Notes: generated by a model from the sequence alone, not told the origin. A stretch of 64,000 nt of DNA from an uncultured Gemmatimonadales bacterium (GCA_963812085.1 CAWETL010000009.1:525955-589954), one strand, 5' to 3'. Numbered from the stretch's first letter, positions 21,217 to 29,686 are shown. Made by a program: numbers and translations.

Positions 21217-21246
21217 TTGACGCCCCAAGTGGTTGAACCCTATGTT
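21217..21246 (+). promoter_or_regulatory. Sigma-70-like promoter candidate upstream of the PBP4 gene
   Basis: TTGACG (21217-21222), 18-nt spacer, TATGTT (21241-21246), in a locally less GC-rich intergenic region. Confidence 0.35.
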
Positions 21247-21382
21247 GGAACATCGACCCGCGGCGAGCGCCGCGGGTCTGCCTGTCTGGACTGTTGCACG
21301 GCGTTCTTGCGACCTGCCCGTCCTGCCCCCCGTGGGCGGCGCCTCCCCCGGCGCAATGTTTGGGAACGGTCCTTGCTAGAAG

Positions 21383-23026
21383 TTGCAGGTGGACGGTTTT
21401 CAGCCGCACCCCTGTCACCAACCTGGCGGTATCCCCGTGACGCGTTTCGCTCGCGCGCCCCAAGCTGTTGTCCGCACCCTCCTGGGGCTCTGTGCCCTGT
21501 GGGGCGGACTGGCCGTGGGGCCGCTCCACGCCCAGAGCGATGCGCAGGTGCAGCGCGCGCTGGACACGTGGTACAAGCGGGCCAAGCGGCGGGCGCCGGG
21601 CGAGTGGGGCATCGCCGTGTCCGACCAGACCGGCCGCATCATCTGGAGCGTCGCCGAAGACCAGCCTCTCCTGCCTGCCTCCACCGTCAAGCTCTTCACG
21701 ACCGGGTTTGCCCGGAGCACCGTGGGCGGCGACGCCCGCCTGGCCACGCGCGTCGTCGGCACCGGCGCGGTCGAGCCCACCACCGGCCTCTGGGTCGGGA
21801 CCTGGGCCCTCGAAATGAACGGCGACCTTTCCCTCGAGCGCACCACGCGCCAGGGACCGCAGCTCGCCGATCTCGCCCGCCAGCTCGCGGCAAAGGGCAT
21901 CACCCAGTTGCAGGGCCCCCTCGTCGTGCAGAGCGCCGACGGCCCGGCCGACGCCACCTTCCCGTCCGTGTGGGCCTCGCGCCACCGCGGGCGGCTCTTC
22001 GCGCCACCCATCGGCGCGATCACGCTGCACGAGAACATCATCAATCTCTCGGTCCGTCCGGGCGCGAAGAACGGCGCGCGGCCGATCATCGTGGGCGAGT
22101 CCCCGCGCGGCGTGAGCCAACTGGTTTCGAACCAGGCCAGGACGGTGTCTGGTCGCCGCTCCTCGCTCGGGCTCTCCCCGACCACCAGCGGCGGCTGGGT
22201 CCTCACCGGCACCATCGGCCGGTCGTCCCGCGGCCGCACCTTCGCCCGGGTCGCCAACGATCCTGCCGCCGTCCTGCGGGCGGCGTGGGGCGCCGCGCTC
22301 CGGGATGCCGGCATCAAGTGGGACCAGTCGCCCCCGCTCATGGCGTCCGGGCCGGCACTGCCGGCCATTCCGGCGGTGCCCTCGGTGACGCCGATGGATC
22401 CGTCCAGCGTGCTGGCCGAGGTGGAATCGCCGACGCTCGACTCGCTGGCGTCCGAGGTCAACACGCGGAGCCTGAACATCGGCGCCGAGCTGATCCTGCG
22501 CTGGGCCGGTGGCGCCACCGACGCCGCCGAGAAGCTCATGGCGCACATCCGGTCGGTCACCGGCGCGACGACCGGCATTCACCTGGTGGACGGCAGCGGC
22601 CTCTCGAGCGACGACCGGCTGACGCCGGCGGTGTACATCGCCTACCTGAGCCGCTTCCCGACGACGCCCGAGGGCAAGAACTTCCCGCTCCTCCTTCCCG
22701 CCAACGGGCAGGGCACGCTCCGCCGCCTGGGCGGGATGCCGGGACGCGGCGTCGTGCGCGCCAAGACGGGCACCCTCGGCAACGTCGCCACGCTGGCCGG
22801 CTACCTCGGCCGCCCCGACGGCGTGCTGATCGTCTCGCTCATGTACAACGGCACGCGGCCGGGAACGGCCCGCCAGGAAGAATGGCGGATCTTCCGGACC
22901 CTGGGCGCCGAGGGGATCACGATCCCGGCGGAGCACGAGGTGGACGGGGAACCGGCCCAGCTGGGTGGCGACGACGCCGAACTGCCGCCGCCGGTCAGTG
23001 TGAATCTGCCCTCCGCCCAGCCCTGA
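21383..23026 (+). CDS. dacB: D-alanyl-D-alanine carboxypeptidase/endopeptidase, PBP4 family (peptidase S13)
   Basis: SxxK motif in ASTVKL, SxN-equivalent DGSGLS, and KTG in KTGTLG. The start is uncertain; a GTG near 21437 gives a cleaner signal peptide. Confidence 0.85.
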   Translation: MQVDGFQPHPCHQPGGIPVTRFARAPQAVVRTLLGLCALWGGLAVGPLHAQSDAQVQRALDTWYKRAKRRAPGEWGIAVSDQTGRIIWSVAEDQPLLPASTVKLFTTGFARSTVGGDARLATRVVGTGAVEPTTGLWVGTWALEMNGDLSLERTTRQGPQLADLARQLAAKGITQLQGPLVVQSADGPADATFPSVWASRHRGRLFAPPIGAITLHENIINLSVRPGAKNGARPIIVGESPRGVSQLVSNQARTVSGRRSSLGLSPTTSGGWVLTGTIGRSSRGRTFARVANDPAAVLRAAWGAALRDAGIKWDQSPPLMASGPALPAIPAVPSVTPMDPSSVLAEVESPTLDSLASEVNTRSLNIGAELILRWAGGATDAAEKLMAHIRSVTGATTGIHLVDGSGLSSDDRLTPAVYIAYLSRFPTTPEGKNFPLLLPANGQGTLRRLGGMPGRGVVRAKTGTLGNVATLAGYLGRPDGVLIVSLMYNGTRPGTARQEEWRIFRTLGAEGITIPAEHEVDGEPAQLGGDDAELPPPVSVNLPSAQP

Positions 23027-23050
23027 GCTGATCGCGGGAGAGAGGAAGAC

Positions 23051-23073
23051 GGGGGCGGCCGATGGCCGCCCCC
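23051..23073. terminator. Perfect GC hairpin, candidate bidirectional intrinsic terminator
   Basis: gggggcggcc-gat-ggccgccccc forms a 10-bp perfect stem and is followed by gtttgcg. It lies between convergent stops at 23026 (+) and 23096 (-). Confidence 0.7.
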
Positions 23074-23095
23074 GTTTGCGTCCGCCCCCCTCCCG

Positions 23096-23197
23096 TTACC
23101 AACCGCCCGTATTGCGCTTCACCGCGTGGTCGTTGCACCCGACGAGCACAGTCAGGGCGACGAGGAGAACACTTCGCATGCCGAAGTTGGTCTTCAT
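23096..23197 (-). CDS. Small lipoprotein (33 aa), absent from the ORF track
   Basis: My own translation of the minus strand gives MKTNFGMRSVLLVALTVLVGCNDHAVKRNTGGW followed by TAA. GGAG lies 7 nt upstream of the ATG. Lipobox LVGC. A terminator hairpin lies just downstream. Confidence 0.5.
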   Translation of the reverse strand: MKTNFGMRSVLLVALTVLVGCNDHAVKRNTGGW

Positions 23198-23363
23198 GTG
23201 ATCACTCCGGATACTGGATGGTCCGGGGAATTCCCTGTACACTTACGACCCAGGACGACGAGGCGCAAGGCGGTCGCTTGCACATCGTCTGTTGCGGACC
23301 GCCGAGCTTGAGTGCAATCTCCGACTCGGGGCTCCGGGCCCCCCCCAACCAGGAGGCACCAGA

Positions 23364-23912
23364 ATGGCACTGCGCAAAGGCGTCTACATCGTCCCCACGA
23401 GTCACTGGTACATCGAGCGCACGGTCTGGCTCATTGCGGGGTTCTTCCTGCTCACCGGGACGGCCCTCGCGGCCTTCGTCGACCCCCGCTGGGTGTTCCT
23501 CATCATCGTGACCGGATTCGCCTCCATCACGGTGGCGCTCACCGGCTTCTGCATCGTCGGTAACGTGCTCTACCGACTCGGCTTCACACCAATGCTGGGC
23601 GAAACGCGCCCGAACCGCCGAAACCTCTACTTCATGCAGACCGACACCTGGTACCTCGAGCGGCGGATTTACCTGGCCGTCGGGATCAACATCTCGATCG
23701 CGTCCACCCTGTCCCTGGTGTGGAGCCCGTGGTGGCTGGCGTTCACCGGCTTCGTAGGCGCCGCCATGGTGTGGTTCGCCGCCACCGGCTACTGCATCAT
23801 GGCCAACGGCCTCTACTGGCTCGGCGCCGAGCCGCGGCTCGCACCCGAAAAGGGCGCGACCTCCCCGGCCGCAGCGCCCGCTGCGCCGCCCACGGCCCTG
23901 CCGGCGTCCTGA
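23364..23912 (+). CDS. Membrane protein with two tandem DUF2892 (YgaP-like) repeats
   Basis: AGGAGG at 23351-23356 precedes the ATG at 23364. An internal duplication is visible: HWYIERTVW...[15 protein letters not shown] versus TWYLERRIY...[15 protein letters not shown]. Confidence 0.7.
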   Translation: MALRKGVYIVPTSHWYIERTVWLIAGFFLLTGTALAAFVDPRWVFLIIVTGFASITVALTGFCIVGNVLYRLGFTPMLGETRPNRRNLYFMQTDTWYLERRIYLAVGINISIASTLSLVWSPWWLAFTGFVGAAMVWFAATGYCIMANGLYWLGAEPRLAPEKGATSPAAAPAAPPTALPAS

Positions 23913-23923
23913 CCCATTTGCCT

Positions 23924-24403
23924 GTGAAAGTCCGGGTCTTCAATCGTCAGGGCGGCCTCGTCGGCCCCGTGGAGTCGGCCCGGGTGGTCAAGACCGACGC
24001 CGAGTGGCAGGCCCAGCTCACGCCGGAGCAGTACCAGGTGGCGCGAGGCAAGGGAACCGAGGCCCCGTTCTGCGGCACCCTGCTCGACAACAAGCGGAAC
24101 GGCGTGTACACCTGCCTCTGCTGCGGGCTGCCGCTCTTCACCTCGGACTCCAAGTTCGAGTCTGGCACCGGCTGGCCCAGCTTTTTCCAGCCGGTCGCCG
24201 CCGAGAACGTGACCACGCACGAGGACCGGAGCTGGGGCATGCGCCGGGTGGAGATCCTCTGCGCGCGCTGCGATGCGCACCTCGGCCACGTCTTCGAGGA
24301 CGGGCCCCGCCCCACCGGCCGCCGCTACTGCGTGAATTCGGAATCGCTGGCCTTCACCGACGCCGCGGACCTGGCCTCGCTGGCCGATCCCGCCGCAGGA
24401 TGA
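23924..24403 (+). CDS. msrB: Peptide-methionine (R)-S-oxide reductase
   Basis: Zn-binding CxxC pairs (CLCCGLPLF and [12 protein letters not shown]) and the catalytic RYCVNS. GTG start at 23924. Confidence 0.92.
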   Translation: MKVRVFNRQGGLVGPVESARVVKTDAEWQAQLTPEQYQVARGKGTEAPFCGTLLDNKRNGVYTCLCCGLPLFTSDSKFESGTGWPSFFQPVAAENVTTHEDRSWGMRRVEILCARCDAHLGHVFEDGPRPTGRRYCVNSESLAFTDAADLASLADPAAG

Positions 24404-24410
24404 GACTCGA

Positions 24411-24722
24411 ATGACATCGGCTCCGATTACGGTCGTCATCGCCTACCGCGCCCAGCCCGCCAAGGGCTCCGCCGCGCGCACGGCGCTCGCCGACCTCATC
24501 GCGCTCGTCGTGGCAAGAGAACCGTCCTGTCTCGGCATCACGCTGCTCCAGGACCCCGCCGACGCCACCCGCTTCCTGCTCTACGAACTCTGGACCGACC
24601 AGGCCGCCTACACCGGGCCCCACATGCAGACGCCGCACATCCAGGCGTTCATCCAGGGCGCCGGTGCCCTGTTCCTGGGCCCGCCCGAGATTTCCTTCTG
24701 GCAGGAAGTGCGGCGGGCCTGA
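24411..24722 (+). CDS. Antibiotic-biosynthesis-monooxygenase (ABM) domain protein / putative quinol monooxygenase
   Basis: About 103 aa with a ferredoxin-like ABM pattern, including LLYELWTDQAAYTGPHMQTPH. Confidence 0.7.
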   Translation: MTSAPITVVIAYRAQPAKGSAARTALADLIALVVAREPSCLGITLLQDPADATRFLLYELWTDQAAYTGPHMQTPHIQAFIQGAGALFLGPPEISFWQEVRRA

Positions 24723-24730
24723 GCCGGAGC

Positions 24731-25294
24731 ATGACGACGCCCGCACCGCGCGCGTTCAGGTCCGCCGCCGCGCTGCGGGCCTGGCTGGCGGCGAATCACC
24801 GAAAGGCCGAGGAACTCCTCCTCCGCTGCTACAAGAAGCACGCGGCGCACCTCGGCGTGACGTACACCGAGGCGCTGGACGAAGTGTTGTGCGTGGGGTG
24901 GATCGACGGCCACCGCCGCTCGCTCGACGCCGACAGCTACTCGATCCGCTTGACGCCCCGGACGCCGCGCAGCATCTGGAGCCGGGTGAACGTGGCGCAT
25001 GTCGAGCGGCTGATCGCCGCGGGCCGGATGACGGATGCGGGCCTGGCGGCCTACCGCGCCCGCGACGAGGCCCGGACCGGGATCTACTCCTTCGAGCGGG
25101 CCGCGATGGAGTTCGCGCCGGAGTTGGCCCGGAGGTTTCGGGCGACCCGGAAGGCCTGGACCTTCTTCGAGGCTCAGCCGCCCGGCTACCGCAAGCAGAT
25201 GACCTATCGGGTCATGAGCGCCAAGCGAGAGGCGACGCGAGTCCGACGGCTGGAACAACTCATCGACGCGTCTGCCAGGCACACAAGGCTATGA
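24731..25294 (+). CDS. YdeI/OmpD-associated family protein
   Basis: The N-terminus FRSAAALRAWLAANH and the C-terminus FFEAQPPGYRKQMTYRVMSAKREATRVRRLEQLI are typical of the YdeI family. Confidence 0.7.
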   Translation: MTTPAPRAFRSAAALRAWLAANHRKAEELLLRCYKKHAAHLGVTYTEALDEVLCVGWIDGHRRSLDADSYSIRLTPRTPRSIWSRVNVAHVERLIAAGRMTDAGLAAYRARDEARTGIYSFERAAMEFAPELARRFRATRKAWTFFEAQPPGYRKQMTYRVMSAKREATRVRRLEQLIDASARHTRL

Positions 25295-25316
25295 TACGAG
25301 AAAGGCCGACGATTCC

Positions 25317-25673
25317 ATGATCCAGACGCCGATCCCGACACCCCCACCGGTCCCCATGCCGCCCGGCTTGGACCCCAACTACGTCTTCGGCGAGCTCATG
25401 CCGCTGGTGGCGATCGTCACGATGGTCATTGTCGGGGCCATCGCCCTGCGCTGGCTCTTCCGCACGCCGGTGGGCGAGGCGCTCGCCCAGCGCATCCGGT
25501 ATGGCAAGGCGTCCCGCGGCCAGTTTGACACGGCGGGTGAACATGCACACGCCGAACTCGAGGCGCGGGTCTCCCTGCTCCAGGACCACGTCGGCGAGCT
25601 CGCCGAGCGGCTGGACTTCACCGAGCGGTTGCTGGCCGACCGGCGCGAACGCCGCGTCGGGCCGGGCGAATAG
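25317..25673 (+). CDS. Hypothetical single-pass membrane protein
   Basis: Pro-rich N-terminus, one TM segment (LMPLVAIVTMVIVGAIAL), and a coiled-coil-like C-terminus. Confidence 0.45.
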   Translation: MIQTPIPTPPPVPMPPGLDPNYVFGELMPLVAIVTMVIVGAIALRWLFRTPVGEALAQRIRYGKASRGQFDTAGEHAHAELEARVSLLQDHVGELAERLDFTERLLADRRERRVGPGE

Positions 25674-25688
25674 GACCGGAGGCCGTTC

Positions 25689-26030
25689 GTGTACGAATCG
25701 CTCGGAAGCCCCCCCATCGCGCGCCGGCATTTCATCCGCCGGGTGCTCGCGCACCTGGCCGTGGCGTTCCTCCTGTTTACCCTGTCCCTGGCCCTCGGCA
25801 TCTGGGGATACGGCCACTACGAGGGGCTGCCGTGGCGCGACGGGTTCGTGAACTCCGCGATGCTGCTCGGCGGGATGGGCCCGGTGAACATGCCCCAGAC
25901 CGACGGCGGGAAGATGTTCGCGGGGATCTACGCGCTCTTTGCCGGACTGTTGTTCATCGTGGTCGTGGGGCTGGTGCTGGGACCGCCGCTGCACCGGCTG
26001 CTCCACACCCTGCATTGGGAAGAGGACTAG
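25689..26030 (+). CDS. Small two-TM protein with K-channel-like pore loop (non-canonical filter)
   Basis: Layout is TM1 VLAHLAVAFLLFTLSLALGIWGY, then the pore-helix/filter-like FVNSAMLLGGMGPVNMPQTDGGK, then TM2 MFAGIYALFAGLLFIVVVGLVLG. GTG start. Confidence 0.5.
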   Translation: MYESLGSPPIARRHFIRRVLAHLAVAFLLFTLSLALGIWGYGHYEGLPWRDGFVNSAMLLGGMGPVNMPQTDGGKMFAGIYALFAGLLFIVVVGLVLGPPLHRLLHTLHWEED

Positions 26031-26034
26031 CGCC

Positions 26035-26640
26035 ATGGGCACACGCGATCCGCGGGTTGACGCATTCATCGGAAAGGCCGCGCCCTTCGCCCGGCCGATC
26101 CTGACCCATGTCCGCGAGGTCGTCCATGCGGCCTGCCCCGAGGTCCAGGAGACCCTGAAGTGGAGCAGCCCCGCGTTCATGTACCACGGCATCCTCTGCA
26201 TGATGTCGGCGTTCAAGGAGCATGCGGTCCTCGGGTTCTGGAAGGGCTCCTTGATCGTCGACCAGAAGGGGCGGAAGTTCGACAAGGCGATGGGCAATTT
26301 CGGCCGCCTCACCGACGTGAAGCAGTTGCCCTCCCGGCGGGTGCTGACCTCGTACGTCAAGCAGGCCATGCGGCTCAACGCGGAGGGCGTCACGGCGCTG
26401 CGGAAGACCGCCGCCCGGCGGAAGGCGCCGCTCCGGACGCCGCCCGACCTCGGCGCCGCGCTCAGGCGGAACGCGAAGGCGCGCGCGAACTGGGAGGGGT
26501 TCAGCCCGAGCCACCGACGGGAGTACGTCGAGTGGATCACGGAGGCCAAGCGCCCCGAGACCCGCCAGAAGCGGCTCGCAACGACAGTCGAGTGGCTGGC
26601 CGTGGGGAAGTCGCGCAACTGGAAGTACGTGGCGCGCTGA
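26035..26640 (+). CDS. DUF1801 plus YdeI-domain protein
   Basis: The N-terminal PRVDAFIGKAAPFARPILTHVREVV...LKWSSPAFMY fits a DUF1801-like domain. The C-terminal WEGFSPSHRREYVEWITEAKRPETRQKRLATTVEWL fits YdeI. Confidence 0.7.
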   Translation: MGTRDPRVDAFIGKAAPFARPILTHVREVVHAACPEVQETLKWSSPAFMYHGILCMMSAFKEHAVLGFWKGSLIVDQKGRKFDKAMGNFGRLTDVKQLPSRRVLTSYVKQAMRLNAEGVTALRKTAARRKAPLRTPPDLGAALRRNAKARANWEGFSPSHRREYVEWITEAKRPETRQKRLATTVEWLAVGKSRNWKYVAR

Positions 26641-26686
26641 TTTCGTCTGGACGCGGGCCCCGAAGTTCCGTACCTTCCCCCGTCTC

Positions 26687-27112
26687 ATGACGCCGCCTCC
26701 CGTTCCGGCACCGGCCTCGCCTGCCACCGCCGCCCGCATCCTTCACCTCGGCCTCGCCATGAGCGCCGTGGTGATCGCGGCGGGGGCCTGGTACTTCCGC
26801 GGCACGCTTGCGCTGCCCGCCGGCACCGGCGGCGCTCTTACCTTTGCCGCCTACGCCCTGGCCGCCTCCGGGCTGCTCGCGGGACTGGCCTTCCGTCGGC
26901 TCATCCCCAGCCGGAGCGCCTCCGAGACCGCGGACGCCTGGTGGCGTGCCAACCTGCCCAAGGCGGTGGCGGTCTGGGCCGTTGGCGAGAGCATCGTCTG
27001 CCTGGGCGCGCTGGTCTATGTCGTCGGCGGCCAGCTGGCCGCGGCCGGCGTGGTGGCGCTCGCCGGGTTTGCCGTGCTCGTCGCCACCGCCCCCACGAGG
27101 CTGGACCCGTAG
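26687..27112 (+). CDS. Hypothetical membrane protein (about 4 TM)
   Basis: Four hydrophobic segments. I recognised no family. Confidence 0.45.
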   Translation: MTPPPVPAPASPATAARILHLGLAMSAVVIAAGAWYFRGTLALPAGTGGALTFAAYALAASGLLAGLAFRRLIPSRSASETADAWWRANLPKAVAVWAVGESIVCLGALVYVVGGQLAAAGVVALAGFAVLVATAPTRLDP

Positions 27113-27142
27113 TCTCCATTCACCAATCGCAGATCGGTTCCC

Positions 27143-28210
27143 ATGCCCCCTCGCTCCTACGAATTCCTGACCCGCCTGCTCGACGCCCCCGGTCCGTCCG
27201 GCTTCGAGTCGGCGCCCGCCCGGCTCTGGCGCGACGAGGCGTCCGCCTTTGCCGACGTCGTCCGCACCGATGTCCACGGCAACTGCTACGCGACCCTCAA
27301 CACCGCCGGTGCGCCGCGGGTCATGTTCGCCGGCCACCTCGACGAGATCGGTCTCATGGTCGTCCACGTGGACGACGACGGCTTCGTCTCCTTCGCGGGC
27401 ATCGGAGGATGGGATTCCCAGGTCTTCGTCGGCCAGCGAGTCACGATCATGGGACACGCCGGTCCGGTGGACGGCGTCGTCGGCAAGAAGGCCATCCACC
27501 TGATGGAAAAGGACGACCGCGAGAAGGTGTCGAAGGTGGAGGACCTCTGGGTGGACATCGGCGCCAGGAACCGGAAGGAGGCGCTGACCCGCGTGCGGGT
27601 GGGCGATGCCGGCGTGCTCACCTCGAAGGTGCTCCGCCTGCCCAACGGTCGGCTCTCGAGCCGCTCGCTCGACAACCGGATCGGCGCCTACGTGGTGCTC
27701 GAGGCGCTCCGTCTCCTCAAGGGCAAGCGACTGGCCGCCCAGGTGACCGCCGTGGGCACCACGCAGGAGGAAATCGGCTACACGGGGGGAGGGGCGCGGA
27801 CCAGCGCCACGGAACTCGACGCACAGGTCGCGATCGTGGTGGACGTGACGCACGCCACCGATTATCCGGGCGTGGACAAGCGCCGGCACGGCGATTTCAA
27901 GCTGGGAGGCGGCCCGATCCTGAGCCGTGGCAGCGCCGTCAACGGCGGCGTGTTCGACCGGCTGGTGGCGGCCGCCGAGAAGGAGAAGATCCCGTACACG
28001 GTGGAGGCGGCGCCCAAGATGACCAACACCGACGCCGACCACATCTTCACCGCTCACCGCGGGGTGGCCACCGGCCTGGTCAGCGTGCCGCTCCGCTACA
28101 TGCACAGCCCGAACGAACTGGTCCAGCTGGAGGACCTCGACCGCGCCGCGCGGCTCCTCGCCGCATTCGCGCGGGGCGTCAAGTCGGACGCCGATTTCGT
28201 GCCGCGCTAG
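27143..28210 (+). CDS. M42-family metallo-aminopeptidase (FrvX/glutamyl aminopeptidase-like)
   Basis: Typical M42 stretches: LLDAPGPSGFE, FAGHLDEIGLMV, SRSLDNRIG, TQEEIG and YMHSPNE. Confidence 0.88.
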   Translation: MPPRSYEFLTRLLDAPGPSGFESAPARLWRDEASAFADVVRTDVHGNCYATLNTAGAPRVMFAGHLDEIGLMVVHVDDDGFVSFAGIGGWDSQVFVGQRVTIMGHAGPVDGVVGKKAIHLMEKDDREKVSKVEDLWVDIGARNRKEALTRVRVGDAGVLTSKVLRLPNGRLSSRSLDNRIGAYVVLEALRLLKGKRLAAQVTAVGTTQEEIGYTGGGARTSATELDAQVAIVVDVTHATDYPGVDKRRHGDFKLGGGPILSRGSAVNGGVFDRLVAAAEKEKIPYTVEAAPKMTNTDADHIFTAHRGVATGLVSVPLRYMHSPNELVQLEDLDRAARLLAAFARGVKSDADFVPR

Positions 28211-28222
28211 CCGGTCCCTCGC

Positions 28223-29686
28223 TCAGCCGCGGCCCAATGCCCGGGCCGCGGCTTCCCGCACCGATTCGTCGTCGTCCGCCAGCAGTTCCTGCAGCGCCCC
28301 CGCCGCCACGGGCCCACCTGCGAGCCCCAGTCCCTCGATCGCCGCGAGTCGCACCGCCGCCGGCTTCCGGTTGAGCAGTCCCTTGCCGGGGGCCGCCGCC
28401 GCGCGGAGCGCCTGCACCGCTTCCGGGGTGCCGAGGCGCCCGAGGGCCCGGTGCAGCTCGCGGAGCACATCGGCATTGCCCTCGTCGGGGAGCCGTACCG
28501 CCAGCGACATGGCGAGCCCGCGCCCCCACGGATTCTCGATACCCTGCACCGCCTGCAGCCGGACCACCGGCTCGACGTCGTTGATCAGCTGCCTGAGCGG
28601 GGCCAGGACCTCGGGCGAGCCGATCTTGCCGAGGGCGCCGGCCACCGCGCGCCGCACCCGCTCGTCGCGGTGCGTCACCTGGTCGGTGAGCGGGCGGACC
28701 GCCCCGGCAAGCCGCAACTCTCCGCACAACTCCGCCACGTTCCGCACCACGAACCAGTCGGGGTGGTGGAGCCGCGTCACGATGCGGTCGGTGCCGCTTT
28801 CCATCTTGGTCAGGATGCCGAAATATCCACGTCGTTCCGCCAGCGTCGGTGCCGCGGTGAGGAGCTCGAGCAGCGCCTCGACGGCGTCCGCGTCCATGCG
28901 TTTGAGCACCGCGGTGGCTTGCGCCCGGCGCCCCTCCGCCAGCGCCGCGCGCGCGATGTGCTGCAGCGCCGACTTGGGCAGGATCCGCCGCAGGGTGACG
29001 GAGTACCGCCGGCGGCGGCTTTCGTCCTTCTCCGCCGCCTCGGCCTGCAGGAGCTTCGTGGCGAGCGACAGCAGCTCGTCCCATTCCTCGCGGCGATAGG
29101 CCAGGTCGGCTTGCACCTCGACGTCGCGGAGCGGGTCCAGCTCGGGTGCTTCGCGGCGTGTCGGAGTCGGCGGAGGTGTCGGCGCCGGCGCCACGGGTGG
29201 CGGGGCGGCCGGGCGGACAGTGCCGGCCTTCGCTCCACCGATCGGCTCGGAGAGATTGTCCAGCGTGCGCACATCGCCGGCCGTGGGCAGGGCGCGCGGG
29301 CCGTCGACCTGGATGGCGAGGGCCGCCTCCACCGGCAGGCGCTGCACGAATGACTCGACCGAACCAGGGCCGACCGGCTCGGTGGCAAGGAGGCGCACGA
29401 CGGCCAGGAGGTCGGCCGGCTTGACCGCCGCCGGCACCCGCACCGATCCCACGCCGTGCGCATGGAAGCGCACGCGCACTTCCCCGCCGCCGGGCAGGCC
29501 GTGGGGCAGCGGCATCCCGTCCACCATCATGCCCTTGACGTCCACCGCGATGGTGGCGCCGGCCGGTTCGACGGCTGCGTACAGGTCCCGGAAGGCGGCC
29601 TTGAGCTTGTCCCGGTCGTCGGGGTCGCTCTGGAGCAGGTCGAGCATCCGCGCCAGGGCGGCCACGATACTGGAGGGAGCGGTCAT
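28223..29686 (-). CDS. HEAT-repeat protein with unknown N-terminal domain and Pro-rich linker
   Basis: The C-terminal half has PBS-lyase-type HEAT repeats, for example RNVAELCGELR, ERVRRAVAGALGKIGSPE, PVVRLQAVQGI, AVRLAAIEGLG and ESVREAAARALG. Its ATG overlaps the stop of the upstream ECF ATPase gene (ATGA at 29683-29686). Confidence 0.75.
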   Translation of the reverse strand: MTAPSSIVAALARMLDLLQSDPDDRDKLKAAFRDLYAAVEPAGATIAVDVKGMMVDGMPLPHGLPGGGEVRVRFHAHGVGSVRVPAAVKPADLLAVVRLLATEPVGPGSVESFVQRLPVEAALAIQVDGPRALPTAGDVRTLDNLSEPIGGAKAGTVRPAAPPPVAPAPTPPPTPTRREAPELDPLRDVEVQADLAYRREEWDELLSLATKLLQAEAAEKDESRRRRYSVTLRRILPKSALQHIARAALAEGRRAQATAVLKRMDADAVEALLELLTAAPTLAERRGYFGILTKMESGTDRIVTRLHHPDWFVVRNVAELCGELRLAGAVRPLTDQVTHRDERVRRAVAGALGKIGSPEVLAPLRQLINDVEPVVRLQAVQGIENPWGRGLAMSLAVRLPDEGNADVLRELHRALGRLGTPEAVQALRAAAAPGKGLLNRKPAAVRLAAIEGLGLAGGPVAAGALQELLADDDESVREAAARALGRG

